From Nanobdellota archaeon (lineage in GTDB: Archaea; Nanobdellota; Nanobdellia; Pacearchaeales; GW2011-AR1), in the NCBI GenBank assembly GCA_030647965.1, contig JAUSIT010000038.1, forward strand, positions 1 to 58,576: DNA of 58,576 nt, read 5' to 3'. A program made the translations under genes and the position numbers. This document shows positions 48,966-57,976 of this stretch, piece after piece (positions within the stretch are counted from its first letter, which is position 1; every line of letters starts with the position of its first letter). A model generated the notes under the pieces. The model was not told where the DNA came from and searched no databases. It saw only the letters and a program-made list of their open reading frames with translations.

Positions 48966-48988
48966 TCTCTTAATAATTATGTTTTTTA

Positions 48989-49117
48989 ATGTCAGAAATT
49001 AAACTGCATCATTTATGATGTAGACGTAACCTTAGTGCGTTAATTTCTGAGCATCCTAAAAACAAGTGCCAATCAAACCCACACTTTTAAGTGTGGGTGG
49101 CACATTGTTTTTTTGAT
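48989..49117 (+). mobile_element. Family A hairpin element
   Basis: AT-GTCAGAAATTAA..TTAATTTCTGAGCATCCTAAAAACAA..TTGTTTTTTTG-AT. Confidence 0.88.
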
Positions 49118-49372
49118 ACAATTAGCTTTTATATTGCTGATTTCATTTGCAGTAGCTTTGGCAAAATTCTTTAAGTCTTTTACATCTTCAGCAGTACTAT
49201 CAAGTTTATGCATTGCCCACCCCGCTAAATATACTACACCAAAAAGAGGGGCATATTCTAATAATAATGGTGTATTAATAACTCCTAGGGTTTTTAATAT
49301 AATCCAGATTAAAATTCCTCCTAAAACAACCCATGCCAATATATCCCAGGCATTTATTCCTCTTTTATTCAT
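49073..49372 (-). CDS. Small membrane protein; C-terminus derived from the element
   Basis: Two TM + coiled coil; without the insert it ends ..ANCIKKHNY*. Confidence 0.7.
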   Translation of the reverse strand: MNKRGINAWDILAWVVLGGILIWIILKTLGVINTPLLLEYAPLFGVVYLAGWAMHKLDSTAEDVKDLKNFAKATANEISNIKANCIKKTMCHPHLKVWV

Positions 49373-49452
49373 AAAAATATATGTCTTTGAGATTTATATA
49401 TTTTATACTTTCTCTATCTGTTAAATAAATTGACGAACTTTATTTTTACTGA

Positions 49453-49640
49453 TTATTGCACTTCGTTAAAATACTAAGTCGACTTGAAAAAGTTTTACTC
49501 TTCTATCTTGCGTACTCATTGCAAGAGCAAAACTTTTTGCGTCTCCTAATTAGTTATTAATTAATTACTTCTTGATTGTCGCTAGACAATCTTAATATCC
49601 TTTGCTTATTAAAACAAACTATTTCAACATAGTTTTATAT
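49453..49640 (+). repeat. Family B repeat, copy 6 (module at 49487-49538)
   Basis: GTCGACT-TG-[module]-TG-CGTCTCCT. Confidence 0.85.
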
Positions 49641-49709
49641 TGAATTTGATAGTTTACTTAACATTTTTGATGGCTAAATCTTTTTAAATTGCTTTTATCA
49701 TCATATTCT

Positions 49710-50906
49710 ATGAAATTTAACAAAGTTGTATTAAAGAATGGCTTGACAGTATTGCATGAAAAAAGAGATGTGCCTGTTACAACAGTTATGCTTGCAACTA
49801 GATTTGGTTCTGTTTATGAATCTGAAAAAGAAAAAGGAATTGCGCATTTTATTGAGCATTTATGTTTTAAAGGAACTAAGAAAAGAACTACTAATCAAAT
49901 TGCATCAGAACTTGAAAAAGTTGGGGGAAATTTAAATGCATTTACTTCTGAGGAAGAAACTGCCTATCATGTAAAACTTCCTTCAAGATATTTAGAATTA
50001 GCAATGGATGTAATTTCTGATATATTTTTTAATCCTGTTTTTCCTGAAGAAGAAATAAAAAAAGAAGCAAATGTTATTTGTGAGGAAATTAAAATGTATA
50101 AAGATAATCCTCGAGGTCATGTTATGACTGAGATTAAAGCGTGTTTGTATAAAGATGCTTTTGGAATGTCTATTGCAGGAATAGAAAAAAATGTTTTAAG
50201 CATGAATAGAGAGCAATTATTAAATAAACATCAAGAGTTTTATTGTCCTGCAAATTCTATTTTATGTGTTGTTGGAAATAATTATTTTGAAGATGTTGTA
50301 AAATTAGCTGAAAAATACTGTGTTTCTCAAAATATAAATACAAAAAAACATGTGCTAGAAAAAATTGAGTTTCAAAATATTAAAAAAACAGAAAAAAGAG
50401 AGAGTTTGCAACAAGCAAGTATTATTATTGGAATGCATTTTCCAAAAATGAATGATGGGGATAGATATGCTTCTGAAGTTTTTGCAGCAATTTTAGGAGA
50501 GGGTATGTCTTCTAAGCTTTTTACAGAAGTAAGAGAAAAAAGAGGATTAGCTTATGCTGTAAAAACAGAATTAGACATGGGAAAAGAGTATAGTTATATT
50601 ATTATTTATATTGGAACAGATAAAGAAAAAACAAAACCAGTTATTGATTTATGTATTCAAGAGTTTAAAAAAATGAGTGAAATTAGTGAAAAAGAATTAA
50701 TGCAGGGAAAAGAACAAATTATTGGGAATTCAGACGTTGAATCTGAAAGTTCTGATAGTACAACTTTGAATTTAATATTAGAAGAAATTGCAGACAAAGC
50801 TGAAAATCATTATAAATATGAAGAAAATATTAATAAAGTAAACCTAGATGATATTAAAAGATTGGCAAAAGTTTCAGATTTTTCATATTTTATTTTAACT
50901 CCTTAA
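49710..50906 (+). CDS. M16 family zinc peptidase (start probably 49710)
   Basis: HFIEHLCFKGT (HxxEH), NAFTS, SSKLFTEVREKRGLAY. Confidence 0.93.
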   Translation: MKFNKVVLKNGLTVLHEKRDVPVTTVMLATRFGSVYESEKEKGIAHFIEHLCFKGTKKRTTNQIASELEKVGGNLNAFTSEEETAYHVKLPSRYLELAMDVISDIFFNPVFPEEEIKKEANVICEEIKMYKDNPRGHVMTEIKACLYKDAFGMSIAGIEKNVLSMNREQLLNKHQEFYCPANSILCVVGNNYFEDVVKLAEKYCVSQNINTKKHVLEKIEFQNIKKTEKRESLQQASIIIGMHFPKMNDGDRYASEVFAAILGEGMSSKLFTEVREKRGLAYAVKTELDMGKEYSYIIIYIGTDKEKTKPVIDLCIQEFKKMSEISEKELMQGKEQIIGNSDVESESSDSTTLNLILEEIADKAENHYKYEENINKVNLDDIKRLAKVSDFSYFILTP

Positions 50907-50924
50907 ATTTTTCACACATTAAAA

Positions 50925-51707
50925 ATGCAAATTGTTAAAATCCCAAGAATAAATGCGCTTGGAAAAAAAGGAAGTGAAAAAGCACCTAATTTAATTTTAG
51001 ATGAATTAAAGAAAAACTACAAAAATTTTTCTATGCTTGATTTTGAAGAAATACATGTTGATAATTCAAATATACAAGAATCTGAAAAGTTAATTTATCA
51101 AAATTGTCTTGAAGAGTTTGAAAGGCAGGATAAAATGGTATTTATTGGAGGAGACCATTCTATAACCTATCCTATTATGAAAGCATTTGATGAAAGTTTT
51201 CAAAATTCATTTTTAATTGTTTTTGATGCACATGCTGATTGTATGAAACCTATGATGGAACCAAGTCATGAAGAATGGCTTAGAGCAATTGTTGAAGAAG
51301 GATTTAATCCTAAAAATATTATTATAGTTGGATTAAGAAAAATAGAAGATGTTGAAAAAGAATTTTTAGATAAAAAAGGAATAAAATATTTTTCTGATTT
51401 TAATGATATTGAAATATTTGCAGATGTAATAACTGAAAAAGCAAATGGAAAAAATTTGTATGTTTCAATAGATATTGATGTTGTTGATCCTGCTTTTGCT
51501 CCTGGTGTTAATTATCCTGAATCAATTGGTTTAACTGCCAAAGAATTTTTTTATCTGTTAAAGAGGATTTTTCATATTTCTAGTTTAAAGGCATTTGATA
51601 TTGTTGAAGTTGTTCCTGAAATTGATGAAAAATATGATTTTAGAACAGTAAAGCTGGCAAGCAAGGTTATACAGACATATCTTGAGATAAAAGATGGTAA
51701 AAAATAG
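50925..51707 (+). CDS. Arginase/agmatinase family protein
   Basis: GGDHS, DAHAD, SIDIDVVDPAFAPG. Confidence 0.92.
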   Translation: MQIVKIPRINALGKKGSEKAPNLILDELKKNYKNFSMLDFEEIHVDNSNIQESEKLIYQNCLEEFERQDKMVFIGGDHSITYPIMKAFDESFQNSFLIVFDAHADCMKPMMEPSHEEWLRAIVEEGFNPKNIIIVGLRKIEDVEKEFLDKKGIKYFSDFNDIEIFADVITEKANGKNLYVSIDIDVVDPAFAPGVNYPESIGLTAKEFFYLLKRIFHISSLKAFDIVEVVPEIDEKYDFRTVKLASKVIQTYLEIKDGKK

Positions 51708-51777
51708 ATTTACTTGATTAAAAGTGAATTTAATTGAGAAGAGCTAAATATAATATTTTGAAAGAGTTTGATTTAGG

Positions 51778-52848
51778 TTAATTAAATGAAATTATTTTCT
51801 CATAAGCCTTATTGAGATAAACTGCATTTTGAAATTCAATGGATGCTTCTTTTTTCATTCCAATTGAATCATATGTAAGGCCTAGATTAAAATGAAAATC
51901 TGCATTTTGGGGATTTAGCTTAATTGCTTTTTGAAAATAATTAATTGCTTTTTCTGTTTCTCCTAACTGGCCATATAAAATGCCCAAATGGTCATAGGTC
52001 ATTGGATGCTCTTCTAGGGATTCTGCTTTATGCAATGATTGTTTTGCATCTTGTAATTTATTTTGTTTTATTTGTATCATCCCTAATTCAAGCCAGGATA
52101 AAGCAAATAATGAATTTTTTTCAATTGATTTATTTAGAAATTCTAGTGATTCATCTAATTCATTGATTGCATGTAATTGAGAGGCAATTTGATAATCCTG
52201 GAAAAAATCATCTCTTAAGTTCTTTTTTTCAATTTCAATGTAAAATTTTGTTCTTTCAGGACTTCTGTTTAAAAGACCATAGTGATGAAAAGGAATATTT
52301 GTTTCTTTTATTTTTCCTAAATTTAATATAGATTTTTCAACACTGTCATGAATTACTCCTTCAAATTTTATTTCTGGAATATTTTTAAAAAATCTAATCA
52401 TTCTTCTTGGAACATAACCATTTGCAATCTTGCTTTCTTCATAAGAATCATTTTTGCATGAAATCCAGTTAAAGGATCCTATTTTATTGTCATAGTTTCT
52501 TTGAATAAGTGCAAATCCAAGATAATCTGTTTGTTTTGTTAATTCTAGTATTTTTGGAAAATCTTGCTTTGAAAGAGTTTCATCTGCATCTAGTGCTAAA
52601 ATCCATTCTTTTGTTGCTTTACTTATTGCAAAATTTTTTGCAGCACTGAAATTGTTTATCCATTCTTCAGTATTTTCAGGAATATAATCAAAAATTTTGT
52701 CAGTATATTTTAGTGCGATTTCTTTTGTTTTATCTGTTGAACCTGTATCTACTATAATTATTTCATCAACTAGTTCTTTTACACTATTAAGACATCTTTC
52801 TAGTGTGCTTTCATTATTTTTTACAATTATGCATAAACTGATTGTCAT
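51778..52848 (-). CDS. GT2 glycosyltransferase with C-terminal TPRs
   Basis: ISLCIIVKN, VDTGSTD, LDADE, TPR repeats. Confidence 0.92.
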   Translation of the reverse strand: MTISLCIIVKNNESTLERCLNSVKELVDEIIIVDTGSTDKTKEIALKYTDKIFDYIPENTEEWINNFSAAKNFAISKATKEWILALDADETLSKQDFPKILELTKQTDYLGFALIQRNYDNKIGSFNWISCKNDSYEESKIANGYVPRRMIRFFKNIPEIKFEGVIHDSVEKSILNLGKIKETNIPFHHYGLLNRSPERTKFYIEIEKKNLRDDFFQDYQIASQLHAINELDESLEFLNKSIEKNSLFALSWLELGMIQIKQNKLQDAKQSLHKAESLEEHPMTYDHLGILYGQLGETEKAINYFQKAIKLNPQNADFHFNLGLTYDSIGMKKEASIEFQNAVYLNKAYEKIISFN

Positions 52849-52969
52849 TTTATCCTGAGAAAAAATATAATATAAAAGGAAAATCTGGCTTTATATGTTT
52901 ATTGTTTTTTAATTTATTATATTCTATACTCTATTTGTTTTTAAATCAATTTTGGAATATAATATTTTA

Positions 52970-53383
52970 ATGAATGAAGACATTAAAGAAATTGATGAAA
53001 AGGGGTTTGATTATTTAGTAGATGATATTTTTAAAGGTCTTGGCTTAGTAAAAAAGCATGAGCGTTTTGTTGATGGAATAAATATAATTTTAAAAAATGG
53101 AAATCCTGAATTAGGGAGATATGTAATGGATAAATTAAATTTAAGAATGAAAAGTGAAATGCTTTTTGATTCGTTTGATATCTCTCTTTCTGACAAGATT
53201 TTAAAAGAACAGGACAAAACAAATTTTTATACAATTGATTTAGATTATTTTTTTATGAAATATTTAAGTGACGAGCCTATTAAAAATTATTATGTCCGAA
53301 ATTTGGTTAAAACCGCACCCTTTAGGGTGCTGAATTTCGGAGCATGTCAAGATTTTACAATCTTGAGCACCATCAAGAATTAA
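52970..53383 (+). CDS. Hypothetical protein; last ~30 codons come from a family A element
   Basis: Without the insert it ends ..PIKNYYNRH*. Confidence 0.6.
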   Translation: MNEDIKEIDEKGFDYLVDDIFKGLGLVKKHERFVDGINIILKNGNPELGRYVMDKLNLRMKSEMLFDSFDISLSDKILKEQDKTNFYTIDLDYFFMKYLSDEPIKNYYVRNLVKTAPFRVLNFGACQDFTILSTIKN

Positions 53384-53459
53384 TAATTCTTGAGGTCCGA
53401 AAAACAAGTGCCAATCAAACCCACACTTTTAAGGGTGGGTGGCACATTGTTTTTTTGAT
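53292..53459 (+). mobile_element. Family A hairpin element, four-hairpin variant
   Basis: AT-GTCCGAAATT..GGAGCA-TGTCAAGATT..GAGCAC-CATCAAGAATT..GAGGTCC-GAAAAACAA..TTGTTTTTTTG-AT. Confidence 0.88.
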
Positions 53460-53534
53460 AATAGACATTAAATTGATTATATACTTTTAAGTACATATAG
53501 GTTTATAAAATAAAAGAGTTTATTTTGATAGAAG

Positions 53535-56522
53535 ATGGTGGATACAATATATCTTAAGGCTGATGAATTAAAATTGTTTAAATTTCTTAAGTCTCGTTCT
53601 TCTGATAGTTCTTTATGGCCTAGTTTAGAAGAAATACAAAAAAATCTTGAATTATCAAAACCTAATGCAAGAAAATTAGTAAAATCATTAAGGGAAAAAG
53701 AGGGTATTGAAATTTGTTCTAGTGTTGGAGGTTTTGGAAAAAATAAAAAAGTAAGTTATGGACTTTCTCCTGAAGATTTAGATATTTTAGTTACAATAGA
53801 TAATGCTCAGCAAAATAATGAAAAACAAAAGCCTAATGAGGTTTATTCTGCATTATATTTAGCAGAACCTGCTTTTGGAACAAAAGCTTTTGATGATAAA
53901 TATACTATGAAAGGGCTTGCTTTATTTTTAGAAACAAATAAGTTTTCTCCTGATTTACAAGAAGTTATTATTCAGGGAGGGGTTATTCCCCATATACCCC
54001 CTTATTATTCAAAAGGTTATGCAAATGACTTGAAGTTTTTAGGCAAAATAAAAAGAAATGGAGAAAGAACTTCACTATCTGAAACTTTACTTGAAGATAG
54101 AATTGAAAATGAATTTGAAAGAAATTTTTATGTAAAACATATAAATGATCCTGAAAGAAAAAAAATAACTAATTTAACAGATGCTTTTTCAGCTGCAGAA
54201 GAGCAGATTTCTATACTAATGAATACCCTGCCTGAAGATAGTGTTTTAAGAATCCAGTTTGGAGAAGAAGATAGAAAAAACATAGAACATTTGGAAGTTG
54301 CTCAAATTAAAAATTGGGCAAAAGAAAAAGCAGAGCAAATAGAAGGTATGTCTAAAGAATTAAAAGAAGAAGTTGAGGAGTTATATAATAATTCTTTTTC
54401 TACAATTGTTCAAAAGCATTATTTAGCTAGTTATTTACAAAATCCTAAATTAGTTAAAAAATCTAATGAAAAAAGAGCTGATTATTATAAAAGAGCTGGT
54501 GAATTTTTTAAAGAAGATAAATTAATGAGCGAAATATCTAATTTTTGGAAAGATTTTGGTAAATTTGTTTCTAATGATAAAGAAGAACAGGAAGGACTGA
54601 TTGAAGAAGATTCTAATGATTTATTAAAAGATGCAGTTGAAGATGCTGTAAAATATGTTTTTTGGGCAGGAAAAAATCCTGAAAAAATAAAGCAAAAATT
54701 TGAAAAAGTAAATAATGATTTTAGTAATCTTGAAATTGAAAAAAGAAATTTAAAATCAAAATTAGATGATTTGTCAAATTCTTTTACTTGGACAGATAGT
54801 TTATTGAATTCGGGTAGTGTTGATGTAACTTGGTTTACTAAGCAATATCCTGTTTTTGCAGATGAACTTGAATTTGGATTTAAAAAAGTAAAAGATAAGT
54901 ATTCTGGTCATTTTTTTAAATGGAAGATTGGGCAGCCAGTAGTTGTTCATGTTTCTCCTAGAAAAAATGTAAAAATTGATACAGGAATTATTGAAAATCT
55001 TTCAAATGGAGAAAAATCAATAGCAGAAATTGATTATGAAATTGTTTCAAATGGAAAAAAGAATATATTGCTTGTTCATAATTTAAATCATATTTTTTCA
55101 GATAATGTTTCTCCAAGCACTATTAAAGATGCAAAACTAGAAATGAATTATGAAAATATTGTTTTAAATAAATTATTTGAAGAAGAGTTTAAGGGAAAGA
55201 CCCCTGATATTGTTTTATTGGGCGGGCATCATTCAGGCGGTTTTAGGGTTATGCCTTGGTTTAAAAAATCAGAACAATTAATTGAATGAGAGTTTGTAAA
55301 AAATCAGGATATTTCTTATTTGATTAATTTGCCTACTTTGCAAGATATAAGAAAATTAGAATGGCTTGTTGAAAAAGGATTTAGAAACTGGCATACTAAA
55401 AATTATCAAAAAGGACCTTATGCTTCTGGTGCTGTTTTACATAGTGAAACTAAAGATGGTGTAAATAGATTTACTATGATTGATACAAGTTTGTTAATGA
55501 AATTTGGGAAAATAGCAGAAGAAATTGAAGTTTATAGGGAACAATTAAAGCAAGATTTAAGTGAAGAAAATAGAAATAAGATTTTAGAACTAATTAAAGA
55601 AAGAAAAGAAAGTGTTAAATTAAATTTAAGTAAAATTGAAGCTGCAGGTGATTTTCATTTAGGTGCTCCTGATAACTTAGATAGATATTCAAAAGATCAG
55701 TTTATCAAAGCTTCACAAATTTATCAATTAGAACATGGACTTCCTAATATTGTTTCTTGGGATGAAATTGCTCATGGGACAATGGAAAGAACTTTTAATA
55801 GTGCTTCTAGATATGAAGGCTTGATTCCTGAAAAATTTAAACAAGTAGTTATTGATAAAATTTTAGCAAGTGATTTAACAGGAGAACAAAAGGCTTATGA
55901 AATTGCAAAAGAATCTATGAGAAATTTAAGAGCAATAACAATCCATAATAATTCAGAGCAAAAACATTTGTTTAAACTATTATTAAAGCCATATGCTGAT
56001 AAAATTTTAGAAAACAATGGGAAATTGATTTTAACTAGTGGAAATCATTTTAATAAATCAAATCCAACTTCTGACGAAGCTTTGGAATTTGCAAATCAGT
56101 TTTCAGAAGAGTATATTGATAATGGGCAAATAGCTGTTTTTTCTGGAAAAGGCAATGATGTTGGTGTTGGTGCTTTAAGACTTGATAATAATCAGAAAAT
56201 CTTTGTTATGCATAAATTTCCTGAAAGAAATGATGAAATCTATGGTATAATGACTCATTTAAGAAAAATGAATAATGATGCAGATATTGTAATTGCAGGA
56301 GATAGGCATCATCCTGGTGCTGGTTATGCTGATGGGCATTTTATTGCATTACATCCTGGTTATGAACCAATTAATAAATTTGTTCCTTTAATTGGAAAGC
56401 CTGCAGGAGTAAGGGGTTTTAATAATGTATTTTATGATTCTGATAAAAAAGGGGTTTATGCTGTTGAATTTGTATTAAATCCTACTTTAGAAAAGATAAT
56501 TGAGAAAGAAAAGATTATTTGA
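53535..56522 (+). pseudogene. About 995-codon HTH + coiled-coil + metallophosphoesterase-like gene broken by one in-frame TGA (55287-55289)
   Basis: Both track ORFs share a frame: ..EQLIE*EFVKNQDISYLINLP..; GDFHLG, SGNH, GDRHH motifs downstream. Confidence 0.7.
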
Positions 56523-56556
56523 GAAAATATAACTAATCTAAGTTAGTATTTCTGTA

Positions 56557-56731
56557 AAACCTTACTATTTTGGCAGTAAAAAAATGACCTTTCTCCTTAG
56601 GCATATTCATAAACCTTACTATTTTGGCAGTAAAAACGTTGAGTTTATGCACTATTTTGGCAGTATATATTTAGAGTACAATTGAAAATATTTGTCTACA
56701 AAATAGGATATGTCTACATTTTTGTCTACAA
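56557..56731 (+). repeat. Direct repeats AAACCTTACTATTTTGGCAGTAAAAA (x2 plus partial) and TGTCTACA (x3)
   Basis: Near 56557, 56611, 56651; and near 56693, 56711, 56723. Confidence 0.85.
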
Positions 56732-56735
56732 ATGA

Positions 56736-57692
56736 CTATTTTATCTTTTTTTTGGTTTCTTTATATTCTTTTAGAATAAATTCAATTGTTGGACGGAGAT
56801 TATTATTTTTTTCGTATTCTTGTAGTGTTTTATAATATTCAAATCTATGATTTAATTTAATATTAACTGGGGGGAGACCTTTCTTTAGAAGAATATTATT
56901 CAATAGTATTCTTCCAACTCGACCATTACCATCTGCAAATGGGTGAATATTCTCAAACTGATTATGAACAACTGCTGCAAGAATTAGTGCAGGATATTTA
57001 TCTTTATGATTTTCATACCACTTTATCAATTCATTTAATAAAGAGATGACTCTAGATTGAGGTGCACCTTCGTGAACTATTCCTTCTTGACCCATTACTA
57101 CTACTTCTTCTCCAAACTTTCTAAATTCTCCTGCAAAATTTTTAGAATTTTTAAAAACAATTTTATGAATCTCTTTGATTAAATTTAGAGAAATATGTTC
57201 TTTTGTCTGTCGTATATAACTTATTGCTTCACTTACTCCATAAGTTTCAGCAACATCTTCTTTGCTTTTATCTTTAGGCCAGTTTCCCCTTTCCAAAATT
57301 TCTTTTACTTCAATATTTGTTAATCTACTTCCTTCAATTGCATTAGTGTTATATGTAAACAATTCTGAAAAAATAGCCCATTTATCTTCTGAAAGATGAA
57401 TTATTTTGAGATTTGCTTCTTTTTCAAGATGCATTACAAATTTGATTTCTTCTGTTGATAATTCTGTTTCAATAGGATCTTTTAGTACTTTATATTTCTC
57501 AATTTCTTCTAAAATCAATTTTTCAGCTTTATTTTTTCTTTCTTCTAGCACTTCTTTTGTTAAATCTGTTCCAAGTAGTTTTCTTATTTTGTGCACTTTT
57601 CCATCTTCTCTAAAAGAATGAGCTAGATAATATTTTATCTTTCCACGAACATTTCTTTTCTCAAGATACATAACATTATAGTGGGTGACCAC
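56736..57692 (-). CDS. Fic-domain protein with basic N-terminal domain
   Basis: TNAIEG inhibitory-type motif, HPFADGNGRVGR; start may be 57671. Confidence 0.92.
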   Translation of the reverse strand: MVTHYNVMYLEKRNVRGKIKYYLAHSFREDGKVHKIRKLLGTDLTKEVLEERKNKAEKLILEEIEKYKVLKDPIETELSTEEIKFVMHLEKEANLKIIHLSEDKWAIFSELFTYNTNAIEGSRLTNIEVKEILERGNWPKDKSKEDVAETYGVSEAISYIRQTKEHISLNLIKEIHKIVFKNSKNFAGEFRKFGEEVVVMGQEGIVHEGAPQSRVISLLNELIKWYENHKDKYPALILAAVVHNQFENIHPFADGNGRVGRILLNNILLKKGLPPVNIKLNHRFEYYKTLQEYEKNNNLRPTIEFILKEYKETKKKIK

Positions 57693-57754
57693 ATATTTAA
57701 ACTTTTCTACATTTTTGTCTACAATCTACCCTTAAATCTAAATTCCCTTTTTAA

Positions 57755-57781
57755 ATGTGGGTGGCACATTGTTTTTTTGAT
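57755..57781 (+). repeat. Truncated right end of a family A element
   Basis: TGTGGGTGGCACATTGTTTTTTTGAT as in the 48989 and 53292 copies. Confidence 0.75.
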
Positions 57782-57976
57782 AAAAAGATATGATCTTAAG
57801 TTAACTTGCGGGGCAACTAGTTTTTAGCTAGCTTTTAATTGTTTTTGCTACTGGTTTTGACAGGCATTTTTTGATTTTTTTAAGAAAAAAACATAAGCTT
57901 TATATATCATATTTTTCTAATAATTATGTAGATGTTTTATAGTTAACCCGCACTAAAATTATTTACTAAAAAAGAG

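Noticed and set aside
22653..49640. Family B as canonical attC sites
   Set aside because: Could not place paired RYYYAAC/GTTRRRY boxes at the ends; kept as an unassigned repeat
55287..55289. Genome-wide TGA recoding (Gly, Trp or Sec)
   Set aside because: TGA terminates conserved ribosomal genes here, only one internal TGA was seen, and the context is not a redox motif
2222..57621. Many short overlapping ORFs in the track (e.g. 2222, 3316, 6147, 12046, 15692, 18227, 19806, 27352, 31267, 40475, 43562, 47196, 49113, 57406)
   Set aside because: Shadow frames of well-supported genes
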